Shown piece after piece: positions 26,671 to 36,589 of a stretch of 64,000 nucleotides of DNA (the first letter of the stretch is position 1; the number at the start of each line of letters is the position of its first letter). The stretch is from assembly GCA_026400275.1 (NCBI GenBank), contig JAPLPK010000022.1:475-64474 (forward strand), given 5' to 3'. The position numbers and the translations under genes were made by a program. The notes below the pieces were generated by a model. That model saw nothing but the letters and a program-made list of their open reading frames with translations. It made no database searches and was not told where the DNA came from. The DNA comes from Burkholderiales bacterium (GTDB lineage: Bacteria > Pseudomonadota > Gammaproteobacteria > Burkholderiales > Burkholderiaceae_C).

Positions 26671-28536
26671 TCAAGCCGTCAGGCGCTGTTCCAGCGCCTT
26701 TTTGGTGTCCACCAGGGCTTGAGGCAAGTGGTAGGCCAATTGGGTGAACAGCTCGGTGTGCAGCACCAGTTCCTGCTGCCAGGCGGCTTTGTCGATGCTG
26801 GTGACGGTGTCGAACTGTGCAGGCGTGAAATCCAGCCCGGTCCAGTTCAGTTCGCCATAGGTCGGGCTGACGCCGAAGATGTTTTCCTGGCCCGCAGCCT
26901 GCCCTTCGATGCGGTCAATCATCCACTTCAGTACGCGCATGTTTTCGCCGTAGCCTGGCCAGACAAACTTGCCATCTTCGCCCTTGCGGAACCAGTTGGT
27001 GCAGTAAATGGGCGGCTGCTTGGCGCCCGATGCAGCCAGCTTGTCGCCCACATTCAGCCAGTGCTGGAAGTAGTCGCTCATGTTGTAGCCGGTGAACGGC
27101 AGCATGGCGAACGGGTCGCGGCGCACCACGCCCATCTGGCCCACGGCGGCGGCGGTGGTTTCAGAACCCATGGTCGCAGCCATGTAAACGCCTTCGGTCC
27201 AGGATCTAGCTTCGGTGACCAGGGGCACGGTGGTGGAGCGGCGGCCGCCAAAGATGAAGGCGTCGATCGCTACGCCTGCGGCGTCGTCCCAGGCCGGGTC
27301 CAGCGCGGGGTTGTTCGTGGCAGGCACGGTGAAGCGCGAATTGGGGTGTGCGGCCTTGGCGCCGGTTTCACGGGCGATGGCGGGTGTCCAGTCCTTGCCT
27401 TGCCAATCGATCAGATGCTCGGGCAGGCTCCCGCTGTCCTTCTCCATGCCTTCCCACCACACGTCGCCGTCATCGGTCAGCGCTACGTTGGTGAAGATCA
27501 CGTCCTTGTCCAGGCTGGCCATGCAGTTCGGGTTGGTGTGGTAGTTGGTGCCAGGGGCCACGCCAAAGTAACCGGCTTCGGGGTTGATGGCGTACAGGCG
27601 GCCATCCGCACCGGGCTTGATCCAGGCGATGTCGTCGCCGATGGTGGTGACCTTCCAGCCATCGAAACCGGCTGGCGGCACCAGCATCGAGAAATTGGTC
27701 TTGCCGCAGGCGCTGGGGAAGGCTGCTGCTACGTGGTACTTTTTACCTTGTGGGTTGGTGACACCCAGGATCAGCATGTGCTCGGCCAGCCAACCCTGGT
27801 CGCGGCCCATGTTCGACGCGATACGCAGCGCGAAGCATTTTTTGCCTAGCAGCGCGTTGCCGCCGTAACCCGAGCCGTAGGACCAGATTTCGCGGGTTTC
27901 CGGGAAGTGCACGATGTACTTGGTTTTGTTGCAGGGCCATTTCACATCGGCCTGGCCTTCTGTCAGCGGTGCGCCTACGGTGTGCATGCAGGGGACGAAG
28001 CTGCCCTCGGTGCCCAGCAGTTCCACCACAGCCTTGCCCATGCGGGTCATGGTTTTCATGTTGACGGCCACGTAGGGGCTGTCGGACAGTTCCACGCCGA
28101 TGTGGGCGATGGGCGAGCCCAGCGGGCCCATGCTGAATGGCACCACGTACATGGTGCGGCCCTGCATGCAGCCGGCAAACAGCGGGCCCAGGGTGGCGCG
28201 CATTTCGGCGGGTTCCATCCAGTTATTGGTAGGGCCGGCGTTTTCTTTCTTTTCAGAGCAGATGTAGGTGCGGTCTTCCACGCGGGCCACGTCGCTGGGG
28301 TCGCTGCAGGCCAGGAAGGAGTTGGGGCGCTTGGCGGGGTTGAGCTTCTTGAAGGTGCCGGCGTCCACCAGTTGCTGGCACAGGCGGGCGTATTCCTCTT
28401 CGCTGCCGTCGCACCAGTACACAGCCTTAGGCTGGGTCAGAGCAGCCATGTCGGCAACCCAGGCGAGGAGCTGGGTGTTTTTGACGTAATCGGGGGCGTT
28501 CAGGTCCAGTCCCAAGCCCATGGTGCGTGCGTTCAT
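26671..28536 (-). CDS. pckG: Phosphoenolpyruvate carboxykinase (GTP)
   Basis: [51 protein letters not shown]. Confidence 0.96.
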   Translation of the reverse strand: MNARTMGLGLDLNAPDYVKNTQLLAWVADMAALTQPKAVYWCDGSEEEYARLCQQLVDAGTFKKLNPAKRPNSFLACSDPSDVARVEDRTYICSEKKENAGPTNNWMEPAEMRATLGPLFAGCMQGRTMYVVPFSMGPLGSPIAHIGVELSDSPYVAVNMKTMTRMGKAVVELLGTEGSFVPCMHTVGAPLTEGQADVKWPCNKTKYIVHFPETREIWSYGSGYGGNALLGKKCFALRIASNMGRDQGWLAEHMLILGVTNPQGKKYHVAAAFPSACGKTNFSMLVPPAGFDGWKVTTIGDDIAWIKPGADGRLYAINPEAGYFGVAPGTNYHTNPNCMASLDKDVIFTNVALTDDGDVWWEGMEKDSGSLPEHLIDWQGKDWTPAIARETGAKAAHPNSRFTVPATNNPALDPAWDDAAGVAIDAFIFGGRRSTTVPLVTEARSWTEGVYMAATMGSETTAAAVGQMGVVRRDPFAMLPFTGYNMSDYFQHWLNVGDKLAASGAKQPPIYCTNWFRKGEDGKFVWPGYGENMRVLKWMIDRIEGQAAGQENIFGVSPTYGELNWTGLDFTPAQFDTVTSIDKAAWQQELVLHTELFTQLAYHLPQALVDTKKALEQRLTA

Positions 28537-28767
28537 CGAGGTACTCCTAAGTTGAAAATCGTCTTTTCAAAAAGAGGCTCGATGCGGGAGCGGCCTTTTC
28601 AGAAAACGGCTTTGCTACTCAGTCGGTGGTCGGCGTTGTCAGCGCGGGTCGGCTGGGAACTCGATTCTAAAGAGACAGAACAAAGTTACGGTGCGATTAC
28701 ACACAAAATGTATGCAAACGTTGCATGAGGTTATGTGATGCATTTTTGAGGGTAAAAATGGCGCACA

Positions 28768-28824
28768 TTTCCACCCCGTAGAGCAGACAAATGCTGCACC
28801 AGTAGCTACAAGAAACGTAGCAAA
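28768..28824 (-). repeat. Dispersed double-hairpin repeat, copy 6
   Basis: Minus strand TTGCTACGTTTCTTGTAGCTACTGGTGCAGCATTTGTCTGCTCTACGGGG. Confidence 0.75.
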
Positions 28825-28960
28825 AAAGGCTAAATAAGGGGAGTGACTAGGGCAAAAACGGCGTTCTACATTGCATAAAACGCTGCACCGGCCTGTGGTT
28901 CAGACGCGGCGCTTTTCTATCAGCGGCGGCAAGTCCGGCCGGGCTGCCGCCACGCTGGCG

Positions 28961-29113
28961 TCAGGCCATGTATACGGCGATAAAGGCCAGCAGGAAGATC
29001 AGCACACCGCCGACGATGGGCAAAACCATGGGGATCATGGGCACGATGGCTTCCACGGCATCGGCGGGAGCGTGGGCGCTGGCGCCGTGTTCGCTGGTAT
29101 CAGGGCTGGACAT
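28961..29113 (-). CDS. Small single-pass membrane protein (50 aa)
   Basis: MSSPDTSEHG...VLPIVGGVLIFLLAFIAVYMA; RBS AAGGA upstream. Confidence 0.65.
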   Translation of the reverse strand: MSSPDTSEHGASAHAPADAVEAIVPMIPMVLPIVGGVLIFLLAFIAVYMA

Positions 29114-29316
29114 AGATATTCCTTGGGGTGGTGTCAAAAACCTGCCCTGCCGGGCAGCTTGGCAGGCCAAAACCTGCAAGCTAGACATCGTACCAACTTT
29201 AAGGACTTGTCCCTAGGTGGGTTCTACCGGGCATATTTCACGGGCCATGTCTTCCCATGCTTGACGGCCTGCGTTATGGTGCGGCAACAAACCACTTTGT
29301 GGCTGGGAGCATTTCC

Positions 29317-31570
29317 ATGGCGAAGCGCTTGATTTCAGATTCTGCCAACGCACCGCTGATTCCATCACCGGGGCTGAAGGCTGCGCCGGTGCTGGATTTG
29401 ATGTGCTCGCACTTTGTGCTGACCCTGGTGGCGCGCCAAGGCCCCAAATTCAATGTCCGCCGCGACCTGAACAGCCTGCTGGCCATGGCCGGCCGGCACT
29501 TGGTGTGGCCGAAACCGGTGCTGCTGCGCTTGCGCGAGTTCCTGCTGCGCCGCTGCAAGGACAACGAGTTTTGGCGCGGCCATGATGACCTGGGCACCGC
29601 CGAGTTCCTGGAGCGCCACGGCATCTGGCGTGGCCCGTATGAAGAAGGCACGCTGTTCTTTTATCTGGACGAATACGCCAAGGACCAGCCAAAGGACCTG
29701 CTGTCGGCCCTGGCCGTCACCGGCGAATGGTTGACCCACGCGCTAAAGTCCCAGTCCACCCTGGTCGAAAAAAATATCGACGCCTTGTCCGGTCTGCTGC
29801 AACTGAACAAGGCCGAACGCGCCTTGTTGCTCTACGGCACACTGGCCCGCTACCAGCGCGACCTGCGCACCATCCTGGTCGAGGTCAAGGTGAACAATGC
29901 GCCCGAAGCTTATGCGGCGATTGCCGAGGTCGCCGGCGTCAGCCCGGCCGAGGTGGGCGAGGCCCTGCGCGCCGGCTCGCGGCTGGAGCGCATCGGCCTG
30001 GTAGAAAACCTGATCTCCGAGCACAACATCACCGACCTGGCCGACCTGATGAAGGTCAGCGAAAAGCTCCCCCCGGTGCTGATGCGCGAGTACCGCGACC
30101 AGAGCGAGCTGATGGCCGTCTTCACCCGCCCGGCCACCAAGAGCGCGCTGGCATTGACCGACTTCACCTATGTGCTGGACGACACCCAGGTGCTGGTATC
30201 CCTGCTGCGCAACGCCGTGGCCCGCAAGGAACCGGGCGTCAACGTACTGCTTTACGGCCCGCCCGGCACCGGCAAGACCGAACTTGCCCGCGTCGTCGCC
30301 CAGGCCGCCGGGCTCGACCTGTTCGAAGTGGAATACGCGGACCGCGACGGCAACTCGCTCAGCGGCCGCGACCGCTACCGCTCGCTGCAGATCGCCCAGG
30401 TGTTCCTGAAAGGCAGCGTGCAGGCGGCGTTGCTGTTCGACGAGGTGGAAGACGTGTTCCCGCCCATCAGCTCCGAGGCCGCCCAGCTTATGGCGCGGGC
30501 CGAGCAGGTGGCTGCGCCCAGTTCCGGCTCGGTTAGCGGCAAGGCCTGGGTCAACCAGATCCTGGAGTCCAACGCCGTGCCCACGCTGTGGGTCACCAAC
30601 CGCATCGAGCAGATCGACCCGGCCTTCCGCCGCCGCTTTGCCTACCACCTGGAGCTGAAGTCGCCGCCGCCCGGCGCGCGTGAAGGCCTGGTGCGCAAGA
30701 CCTTAGAAGGCGTGCAGGTGTCCGATGCATTCGTGGCCAAGCTCACCGAACGCAAAGGCCTCACGCCGGCGCAAATCCGCACCGCCGTGCGCTTCGCTGG
30801 CCTGGTGACACCGCAGACCGACACGGCCTTTGAAAGCCTGATCGAGCGCCAACTGAAGAATGCCGACCAGGCGCTGGGCAACCGTGCGGCCGACGCTGCC
30901 CAGCGACCCACCGTCACCCAGTACAGCCTGGACATGCTCAACGTGGAAAGCCGCTTTGAGCTGCCGCGCATCGTGCAAGCACTGAAGGCCCGCAGCCACG
31001 GCACGCTGTGTTTCTATGGCGCCCCCGGCACCGGCAAGACTGCACTGGCAGAGCACATCGCCAAGGTGCTGGACAAGCCTTTGCTGGTCAAGCAGGCCAG
31101 CGATCTGATGAGCAAATTTGTGGGTGAAACCGAGCAAAAGATGGCCGCCATGTTCAAGGAGGCCGAGGCCGAAAAAGCCGTACTGCTGCTGGACGAGGCC
31201 GACAGCTTCTTGCAAGACCGTCGCGGCGCCCAGCGCACCTACGAGCACCAATTTGCTGGACCGCATAGACCAGGCCGCGCTGCGCCGCTTCACCTTCAAG
31301 ATCCAGTTCAAGCCGCTACTGCGCACGCAGCGCGAAACCATGTTCGTGGTGGAAGCCCTGGGTGGCGATGCCAGCCGCTTGGACGACAGCCTGAAAGCCC
31401 GTTTGGCCCGCATGGACCAGCTCTGCCCCGGCGACTTCGCCGCCGTCAAACGCCAGGGCGAAATCCTGGACGCACAGCTCGCCCCGGAAGAGTTTATGGA
31501 CCAACTTGAAGCAGAGCACCGCATCAAGCCCGAGGTGCGCGAGTCCCGAGGCATAGGCTTTATGCACTGA
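29317..31570 (+). pseudogene. Double-AAA+ ATPase disrupted by an internal deletion and frameshift at about 31245/31246
   Basis: Two Walker A/B sets (GPPGTGKT/LLFDEVE; GAPGTGKT/LLLDEAD); the frame switches after QRTYE to TNLLDRIDQAALRRF, with residues missing. Confidence 0.85.
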
Positions 31571-31574
31571 AGGC

Positions 31575-32933
31575 ATGGCCCACCCTGCCATGCACAACCC
31601 CTTGCTGCGCCGGCCAGCGCCCGCCTCCAAGCACGCACTGCGCATGCGCCGCACTGTTGTGCTGCTCAGCATTACCACGGCGTGCGCAGGAGTGTTCTGG
31701 ACGATCTACTTCGCGCTGCGCAGCAACTGGGTTCTGGTCGAACTGGAGATCCTGTTGGCCTTGGTGGCGGCCACCTCGTTGTGGCTGGTGCGAACCGGCC
31801 GCCACCGTGCGGCCGTGCTGCTGCTGGTGGCCATCCTGGCCGTTTGGCTCAGCGTGCTGTGCCTGGTGCTGGACATCCCCTCGCCACAGGCGCCACGCTC
31901 GTCCCACCACTACTTTCTGGTCATGGGCATGGGCACCTTTCTGATGTTCCGTGGCGAGGCGGCCTGGCTGCGCCACGGCATACCGCTGGCCTGTTTTGCC
32001 GCTTACTTCGGCTTTGCCAGCAGCCAGTGGGGCCTGGTCACGCCCTACGCCATGCCCGACGACGTACGCATCCCAGGCACCTGGATCAGCAACGCCCTGG
32101 CCCTGCTCGTGGTCTACGGCCTGCTGTTCGTAATGCAGTCTGACATGAAGGCGCTGCACACACTGGAGGCCGACCTGCGCAAGGCCCTGGGCCGCAACCA
32201 ATTCGCACTGCATTACCAGCCGCAGATTGGCGCCGACGGCCACATCGTCGGCGCCGAGGCTCTGCTGCGCTGGAACCATCCGGTGCTGGGCCGTGTCTCG
32301 CCCGCCGACTTCATCCCCGTGGCCGAGCAGAGCGGCTTCATCTTGCCTTTGGGCCACTGGGTGCTGGGCACGGCCTGCGCCCAGTTGGTGGCCTGGGCGC
32401 AGCGGCCCGAAACAGCCGACCTGGTGCTGGCCGTGAACGTTAGCGCCCAGCAGTTCCGCCAGCCCGACTATGTGGCCCAGGTGGGCTCGGTGCTGGAGCG
32501 ATCCGGTGCGCGCGCCTCTCAGCTCAAGCTGGAGCTGACCGAGAGCCTGCTGGTCAATGACGTGGACGACATCATCACCAAGATGTCGGCCCTGAAAGCC
32601 TGGGGCGTACGCCTGTCGCTGGACGACTTCGGCACCGGCTATTCGTCTCTCAGCTACCTGAAGAAGCTGCCGCTGGACCAGCTGAAGATCGACCAGTCTT
32701 TTGTGCGCGATGTGCTCACCGACCCGCAGGACGCTGCCATTGCCCGCACCGTCGTCAACTTGGGCCAAAGCATGGGGCTTGACGTGATTGCCGAAGGCGT
32801 CGAAACCGAGGGCCAGCGTGCCTTCCTGCAAGACATAGGCTGCTTGTCGTACCAGGGCTACCTCCTCAGCCCGGCGCTACCGATTGCCGAGTTTGACGCC
32901 TTCTACAACGCGCACCAGTCTGCTTATATTTGA
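31575..32933 (+). CDS. Membrane-anchored EAL-domain c-di-GMP phosphodiesterase
   Basis: Multi-TM N-terminus; YQPQ, EALLRW, NVSAQQ, ELTES, DDFGTGYSS, EGVE; no GGDEF domain. Confidence 0.92.
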   Translation: MAHPAMHNPLLRRPAPASKHALRMRRTVVLLSITTACAGVFWTIYFALRSNWVLVELEILLALVAATSLWLVRTGRHRAAVLLLVAILAVWLSVLCLVLDIPSPQAPRSSHHYFLVMGMGTFLMFRGEAAWLRHGIPLACFAAYFGFASSQWGLVTPYAMPDDVRIPGTWISNALALLVVYGLLFVMQSDMKALHTLEADLRKALGRNQFALHYQPQIGADGHIVGAEALLRWNHPVLGRVSPADFIPVAEQSGFILPLGHWVLGTACAQLVAWAQRPETADLVLAVNVSAQQFRQPDYVAQVGSVLERSGARASQLKLELTESLLVNDVDDIITKMSALKAWGVRLSLDDFGTGYSSLSYLKKLPLDQLKIDQSFVRDVLTDPQDAAIARTVVNLGQSMGLDVIAEGVETEGQRAFLQDIGCLSYQGYLLSPALPIAEFDAFYNAHQSAYI

Positions 32934-33074
32934 GGCAACGCTGAACAAGTCCCTCGCGGTCTGCGGCGTTGCAAATCCTCGCCATAGCCCAAGCTATGTC
33001 TGCGGTTTGCGCCTTGCATCCCATCCCGAGCCAGGGCGCGCAGCCTCGCGGGGACTTATTCAGTGTCGCCCTAA
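32930..33074. mobile_element. MITE/REPIN-like element with 24-bp imperfect terminal inverted repeats
   Basis: Left TTGAGGCAACGCTGAACAAGTCCC versus reverse complement of the right end TTAGGGCGACACTGAATAAGTCCC (19/24); palindromic interior; no coding capacity. Confidence 0.65.
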
Positions 33075-33079
33075 GCCCA

Positions 33080-33134
33080 ATCGGCCGCTGGCGCAAATAG
33101 CATTTGCGCAGGCAGCTCTTATTTATGTAGCATT
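33080..33134 (-). repeat. Dispersed double-hairpin repeat, copy 7 (overlaps the recQ 3' end)
   Basis: Minus strand ATGCTACATAAATAAGAGCTGCCTGCGCAAATGCTATTTGCGCCAGCGGCC. Confidence 0.82.
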
Positions 33135-34985
33135 CTCAGCGCACACGCGCAGCACTTCCGCGCCATAGGCTTCCAGCTTCTTGGTGCCCAGCCCGCTCAC
33201 GCCGGCCAGGGCATCCAGGCTGTCCGGTGCCAGGGCGGCGATGGCGGCTAGCGTCGCGTCGTGGAAGATCACATAGGCTGGCAGGTTATGTTCACGGGCC
33301 ACCTCGGCGCGCCAGGCTTTCAGTGCGGTGAAGCGTACCTGGGCTGCGTCGTCCAGTGCGGCCGCCACGGCGGATTTGGCCGTGCTTTTGCCGCTACGGT
33401 CGCGCTTGGGTTTACGCTCTGCCGGGCCGGAGAGGGAGGCGCGCAGCATCAGCGGCACCTCGCCCTTGAGCACCGCGCGCGAGCCCTCGGTCAGGCACAG
33501 CGTGCTGTACGCGCCCTCTACCGCCACCGCGCCAATGGCGATCAGCTGGCGCAGCACGCCGCGCAGCTGCTGCTCGGTGTAGTCCGTGCCCAGGCCGAAG
33601 GTGCTTAGTGTGGCGTGGTTGAACTGGGTCACCTTGTCGGTGGTCTTGCCGCGCAGGATGTCCATGATGTGGCCGGCACCAAAGGTGATGCCGCTCATCT
33701 GCTGGATGCGGTAGATGGTGGACAGCAGCTTGCGCGCCGCCTCGGTGCCGTCCCAGATCGGCGGCGGCTCTAAACAGTTGTCGCAGTTGCCGCAAGGCTC
33801 TGACTTCTCGCCGAAGTAGGCCAGCAGCCGCACGCGGCGGCAGTCGGTGGCTTCGGCCAGGCCCAGCAGGGCGTCCAGCTTGCCGCGCATCACCTGCTTG
33901 AATTCTTCGCCGGCCGGGCTTTCGTCGATCATGCGGCGCTGGTTCACCACGTCCTGCAGGCCGTAAGCCATCCAGGCGTCGGCGGGCATGCCGTCGCGGC
34001 CCGCGCGGCCAGTTTCCTGGTAGTAGCCTTCGATGTTCTTTGGCATGTCCAGGTGCGCCACAAAGCGCACATCCGGCTTGTCGATGCCCATGCCGAAGGC
34101 AATGGTCGCCACCATCACGATGCCTTCTTCGCGCAGAAAGCGGTCTTGGTGGGTCTGGCGCAGCTTGGCGTCCAGGCCGGCGTGGTAGGGCAGGGCGTTG
34201 ATACCCTGCTCGCACAACATCTGCGCCACCTCTTCCACCCGTTTGCGGGATTGGCAATAGACCACGCCCGCATCTTCGTCATGCTCGCGCTCGATGAAGC
34301 GCAGCAGCTGCGTCGTCGCGTCCTTCTTCTCGACGATGGTGTAGCGGATGTTGGGCCGGTCAAAGCTGCTGACGAAATGCTGGGCTTCCTCCAGCTGCAG
34401 CCGCTCCACGATGTCGGCGCGGGTCAGCGCATCGGCCGTGGCGGTCAGCGCGATGCGCGGCACGCTGGCGTAGCGCTGGTGCAGCACCGTCAGCGCGCGG
34501 TATTCGGGGCGGAAGTCGTGGCCCCACTGGCTGACGCAATGCACCTCGTCAATCGCAAACAGGCTCAGCTGCCGGCGCGCCAGCAGGTCGTCCAGCAGGT
34601 CCAGAAAGCGCGGCGTGGTGATGCGCTCGGGCGCCGCGTACAGCATGGTGATGTCGCCGCGCATCAGGCGCCGCTCCACGTCCAGCGCCTCGTCGAACGA
34701 CAGCGTGGAGTTCAAAAACGCCGCCTTCACCCCCGCCTCGTGCAGCGCGCCCACCTGGTCGTGCATCAGCGCGATCAGCGGCGAAATCACGATAGTGATG
34801 CCATGCCCGTCCAGCTGCCGCGCAATCGCCGGGATCTGGTAGCACAGCGACTTGCCGCCGCCGGTAGGCATCAGCACCAGCGCGTCGCCTCCGGCGACTA
34901 CATGCTCAACGATGGCCTGCTGCGGCCCCCGAAACTGCTCATAGCCAAAGGTTTCATGCAGGATGGCAAGAGGGGACGAGGACAA
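33123..34985 (-). CDS. recQ: ATP-dependent DNA helicase RecQ
   Basis: [49 protein letters not shown], Zn-binding RQC, HRDC; probable TTG start at 34985. Confidence 0.95.
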   Translation of the reverse strand: MSSSPLAILHETFGYEQFRGPQQAIVEHVVAGGDALVLMPTGGGKSLCYQIPAIARQLDGHGITIVISPLIALMHDQVGALHEAGVKAAFLNSTLSFDEALDVERRLMRGDITMLYAAPERITTPRFLDLLDDLLARRQLSLFAIDEVHCVSQWGHDFRPEYRALTVLHQRYASVPRIALTATADALTRADIVERLQLEEAQHFVSSFDRPNIRYTIVEKKDATTQLLRFIEREHDEDAGVVYCQSRKRVEEVAQMLCEQGINALPYHAGLDAKLRQTHQDRFLREEGIVMVATIAFGMGIDKPDVRFVAHLDMPKNIEGYYQETGRAGRDGMPADAWMAYGLQDVVNQRRMIDESPAGEEFKQVMRGKLDALLGLAEATDCRRVRLLAYFGEKSEPCGNCDNCLEPPPIWDGTEAARKLLSTIYRIQQMSGITFGAGHIMDILRGKTTDKVTQFNHATLSTFGLGTDYTEQQLRGVLRQLIAIGAVAVEGAYSTLCLTEGSRAVLKGEVPLMLRASLSGPAERKPKRDRSGKSTAKSAVAAALDDAAQVRFTALKAWRAEVAREHNLPAYVIFHDATLAAIAALAPDSLDALAGVSGLGTKKLEAYGAEVLRVCAENAT

Positions 34986-34990
34986 TGCTT

Positions 34991-35046
34991 TTGCTCTGGA
35001 ATTTGTAGCTGCTGGCGCAGGTGGAGATTGCGCTAGGGGCTGATTT
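34991..35046 (+). repeat. Dispersed double-hairpin repeat, copy 8
   Basis: TTGCTCTGGAATTTGTAGCTGCTGGCGCAGGTGGAGATTGCGCTAGGGGCTGATTT. Confidence 0.85.
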
Positions 35047-35187
35047 TGTATGTAAACCAGCGAAGGGCTGGGCAAGGGTGTATTGTGCCCGGCCTGGAGG
35101 TCCCGAGAGGATGGTGCCTATGTCCGCCAGAGTGAGAAGCTACGCCGGGCTATAGTGGCCTTTCCTATGTCTGTTTTTGCCTAGATC

Positions 35188-35643
35188 GTGAACCTTATTC
35201 TTGAGCGCAGCACTTCGGTGCCGTGGTTTACCAACATGCGCTCCGTGTTCGATGCGCTGGGATTTCGTGCTTCTCGCTATGACTGGTTCGTAAGCGACGT
35301 CGAAACCAACTACTACGGAAAAGACTTCGTTAGCGATGACCAATGGATATCTGGTGAAGCGCTGGAGCGCCTCATTTCTGAACATGACATCCAGTTCATT
35401 TGGGCGGTTTTCAGCGCGTTTCCAAAGGGAACTAGGTTCCCAGTCAACAATGCTCCACTTGTTGAAGACCATGCGGGTTACTGGAGCGGCGTTGAGGTAG
35501 CGCCCCAGCTTGAGGGCGCATTGTTTGAGATCGCTGCTTGGGATAGCAGCGCAACAATCCTCGTAGGCCTACCTGTAGATGCAGAGGAGGCCTTTAGCAA
35601 GAAGTACCCAGATGCAAAGTCTCTTACTTCTGCTGCACGCTGA
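35188..35643 (+). CDS. Hypothetical protein with atypical codon use (DUF2691-like, from recall)
   Basis: 151-aa ORF; YDWFVSD, QFIWAVFSAF and EIAAWDSS motifs; many A/T-ending codons. Confidence 0.65.
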   Translation: MNLILERSTSVPWFTNMRSVFDALGFRASRYDWFVSDVETNYYGKDFVSDDQWISGEALERLISEHDIQFIWAVFSAFPKGTRFPVNNAPLVEDHAGYWSGVEVAPQLEGALFEIAAWDSSATILVGLPVDAEEAFSKKYPDAKSLTSAAR

Positions 35644-35663
35644 GGAGCTCGCACTCTACTGCG

Positions 35664-36497
35664 CTAGAACACCCCATCGGTCGTCACCGACACCCCCCGC
35701 CAAGCCTCCACCCCCCCCCGCAGCGCCTCAATCTTCGCCTCAATGATCGCCACCGCATCTCTACCCGCCGCAAAGCGCAGCGGCGGCGTGGGATGCGCCG
35801 CCAGCTGCAGCAGCACGGCAGCCAGCCGTGCCGGGTCGCCGGGCTGCAGGTGGTTGCGGGCACTAAAGCCTGCGTTGATCTGGGCCGATTGCGCGGCGTA
35901 GTCGGCAATGGCCTGGCTGCCGTAGCGCATGGACTGGCCGTCCAGAAAGTCGGTACGGAACGCGCCCGGCTCCACGATGGTCACGCGGATGCCGAAGGGG
36001 GCTACTTCCTGAGCCAGCCCTTCTGAAAATCCCTCCACCGCGAACTTGCTGGCGCTGTACAGCGCGGTGCCGGTGCGGCCGCGCATGCCGGCGATGGACG
36101 AGATGTTCAGCACATGGCCTGCGCGCTGGTTGCGCATCACTGGCAGCACGGCGCGGGTGACGTGGAGCAGGCCGAACACATTGGTGTCGAACTGTGTTTG
36201 CGCATCTGCCGCCGTGCTTTCTTCAAACAGGCCCAGCTGGCCGTAGCCCGCGTTGTTGACCAGCACGTCGATGCGGCCAAAGCGGGCCACGGCGGCTTGC
36301 ACGGCGGCCTGGGCCTGGGCCGCGTCGGTGACGTCCAGGTCCAGCGCCAGCAGGCGGTCGTCGGTCAGGGTGATGCTGTCGCGCTTGCGGGCCGTGGCGA
36401 CCACGTTGTGGCCGGCGGCCAGCGCGGCCTGCACGGTGTGGGCACCGATGCCGCGTGCGGCGCCGGTGATGAACCAGGTGTGGGGTTGGAAAGACAT
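35664..36497 (-). CDS. Short-chain dehydrogenase/reductase
   Basis: WFITGAARGIG, NNAG, YSASK. Confidence 0.93.
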   Translation of the reverse strand: MSFQPHTWFITGAARGIGAHTVQAALAAGHNVVATARKRDSITLTDDRLLALDLDVTDAAQAQAAVQAAVARFGRIDVLVNNAGYGQLGLFEESTAADAQTQFDTNVFGLLHVTRAVLPVMRNQRAGHVLNISSIAGMRGRTGTALYSASKFAVEGFSEGLAQEVAPFGIRVTIVEPGAFRTDFLDGQSMRYGSQAIADYAAQSAQINAGFSARNHLQPGDPARLAAVLLQLAAHPTPPLRFAAGRDAVAIIEAKIEALRGGVEAWRGVSVTTDGVF

Positions 36498-36589
36498 GCA
36501 GAAGCTCCGGGTAGTTGAGGGCTTGACTATCCGCGCGCCGGCCCTTGCAGCGGTAGCCTGATGCTGCGCAGCTCTTGCATAATCCTCGC

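Noticed and set aside
31230-31260. Programmed ribosomal frameshift in the AAA gene
   Set aside because: No slippery heptamer, and conserved residues are missing, so a frameshift would not restore the domain.
34986-35075. 30-aa N-terminal extension of RecQ in the ORF track
   Set aside because: It reads through repeat copy 8; RecQ similarity begins at about TTG 34985.
35100-35680. Integron cassette around the foreign gene
   Set aside because: No RYYYAAC...GTTRRRY attC structure and no integrase.
35711-35719. C9/G9 run as a phase-variation tract
   Set aside because: It lies about 15 codons from the SDR stop, so slippage would change only the tail; the run is short for a contingency locus.
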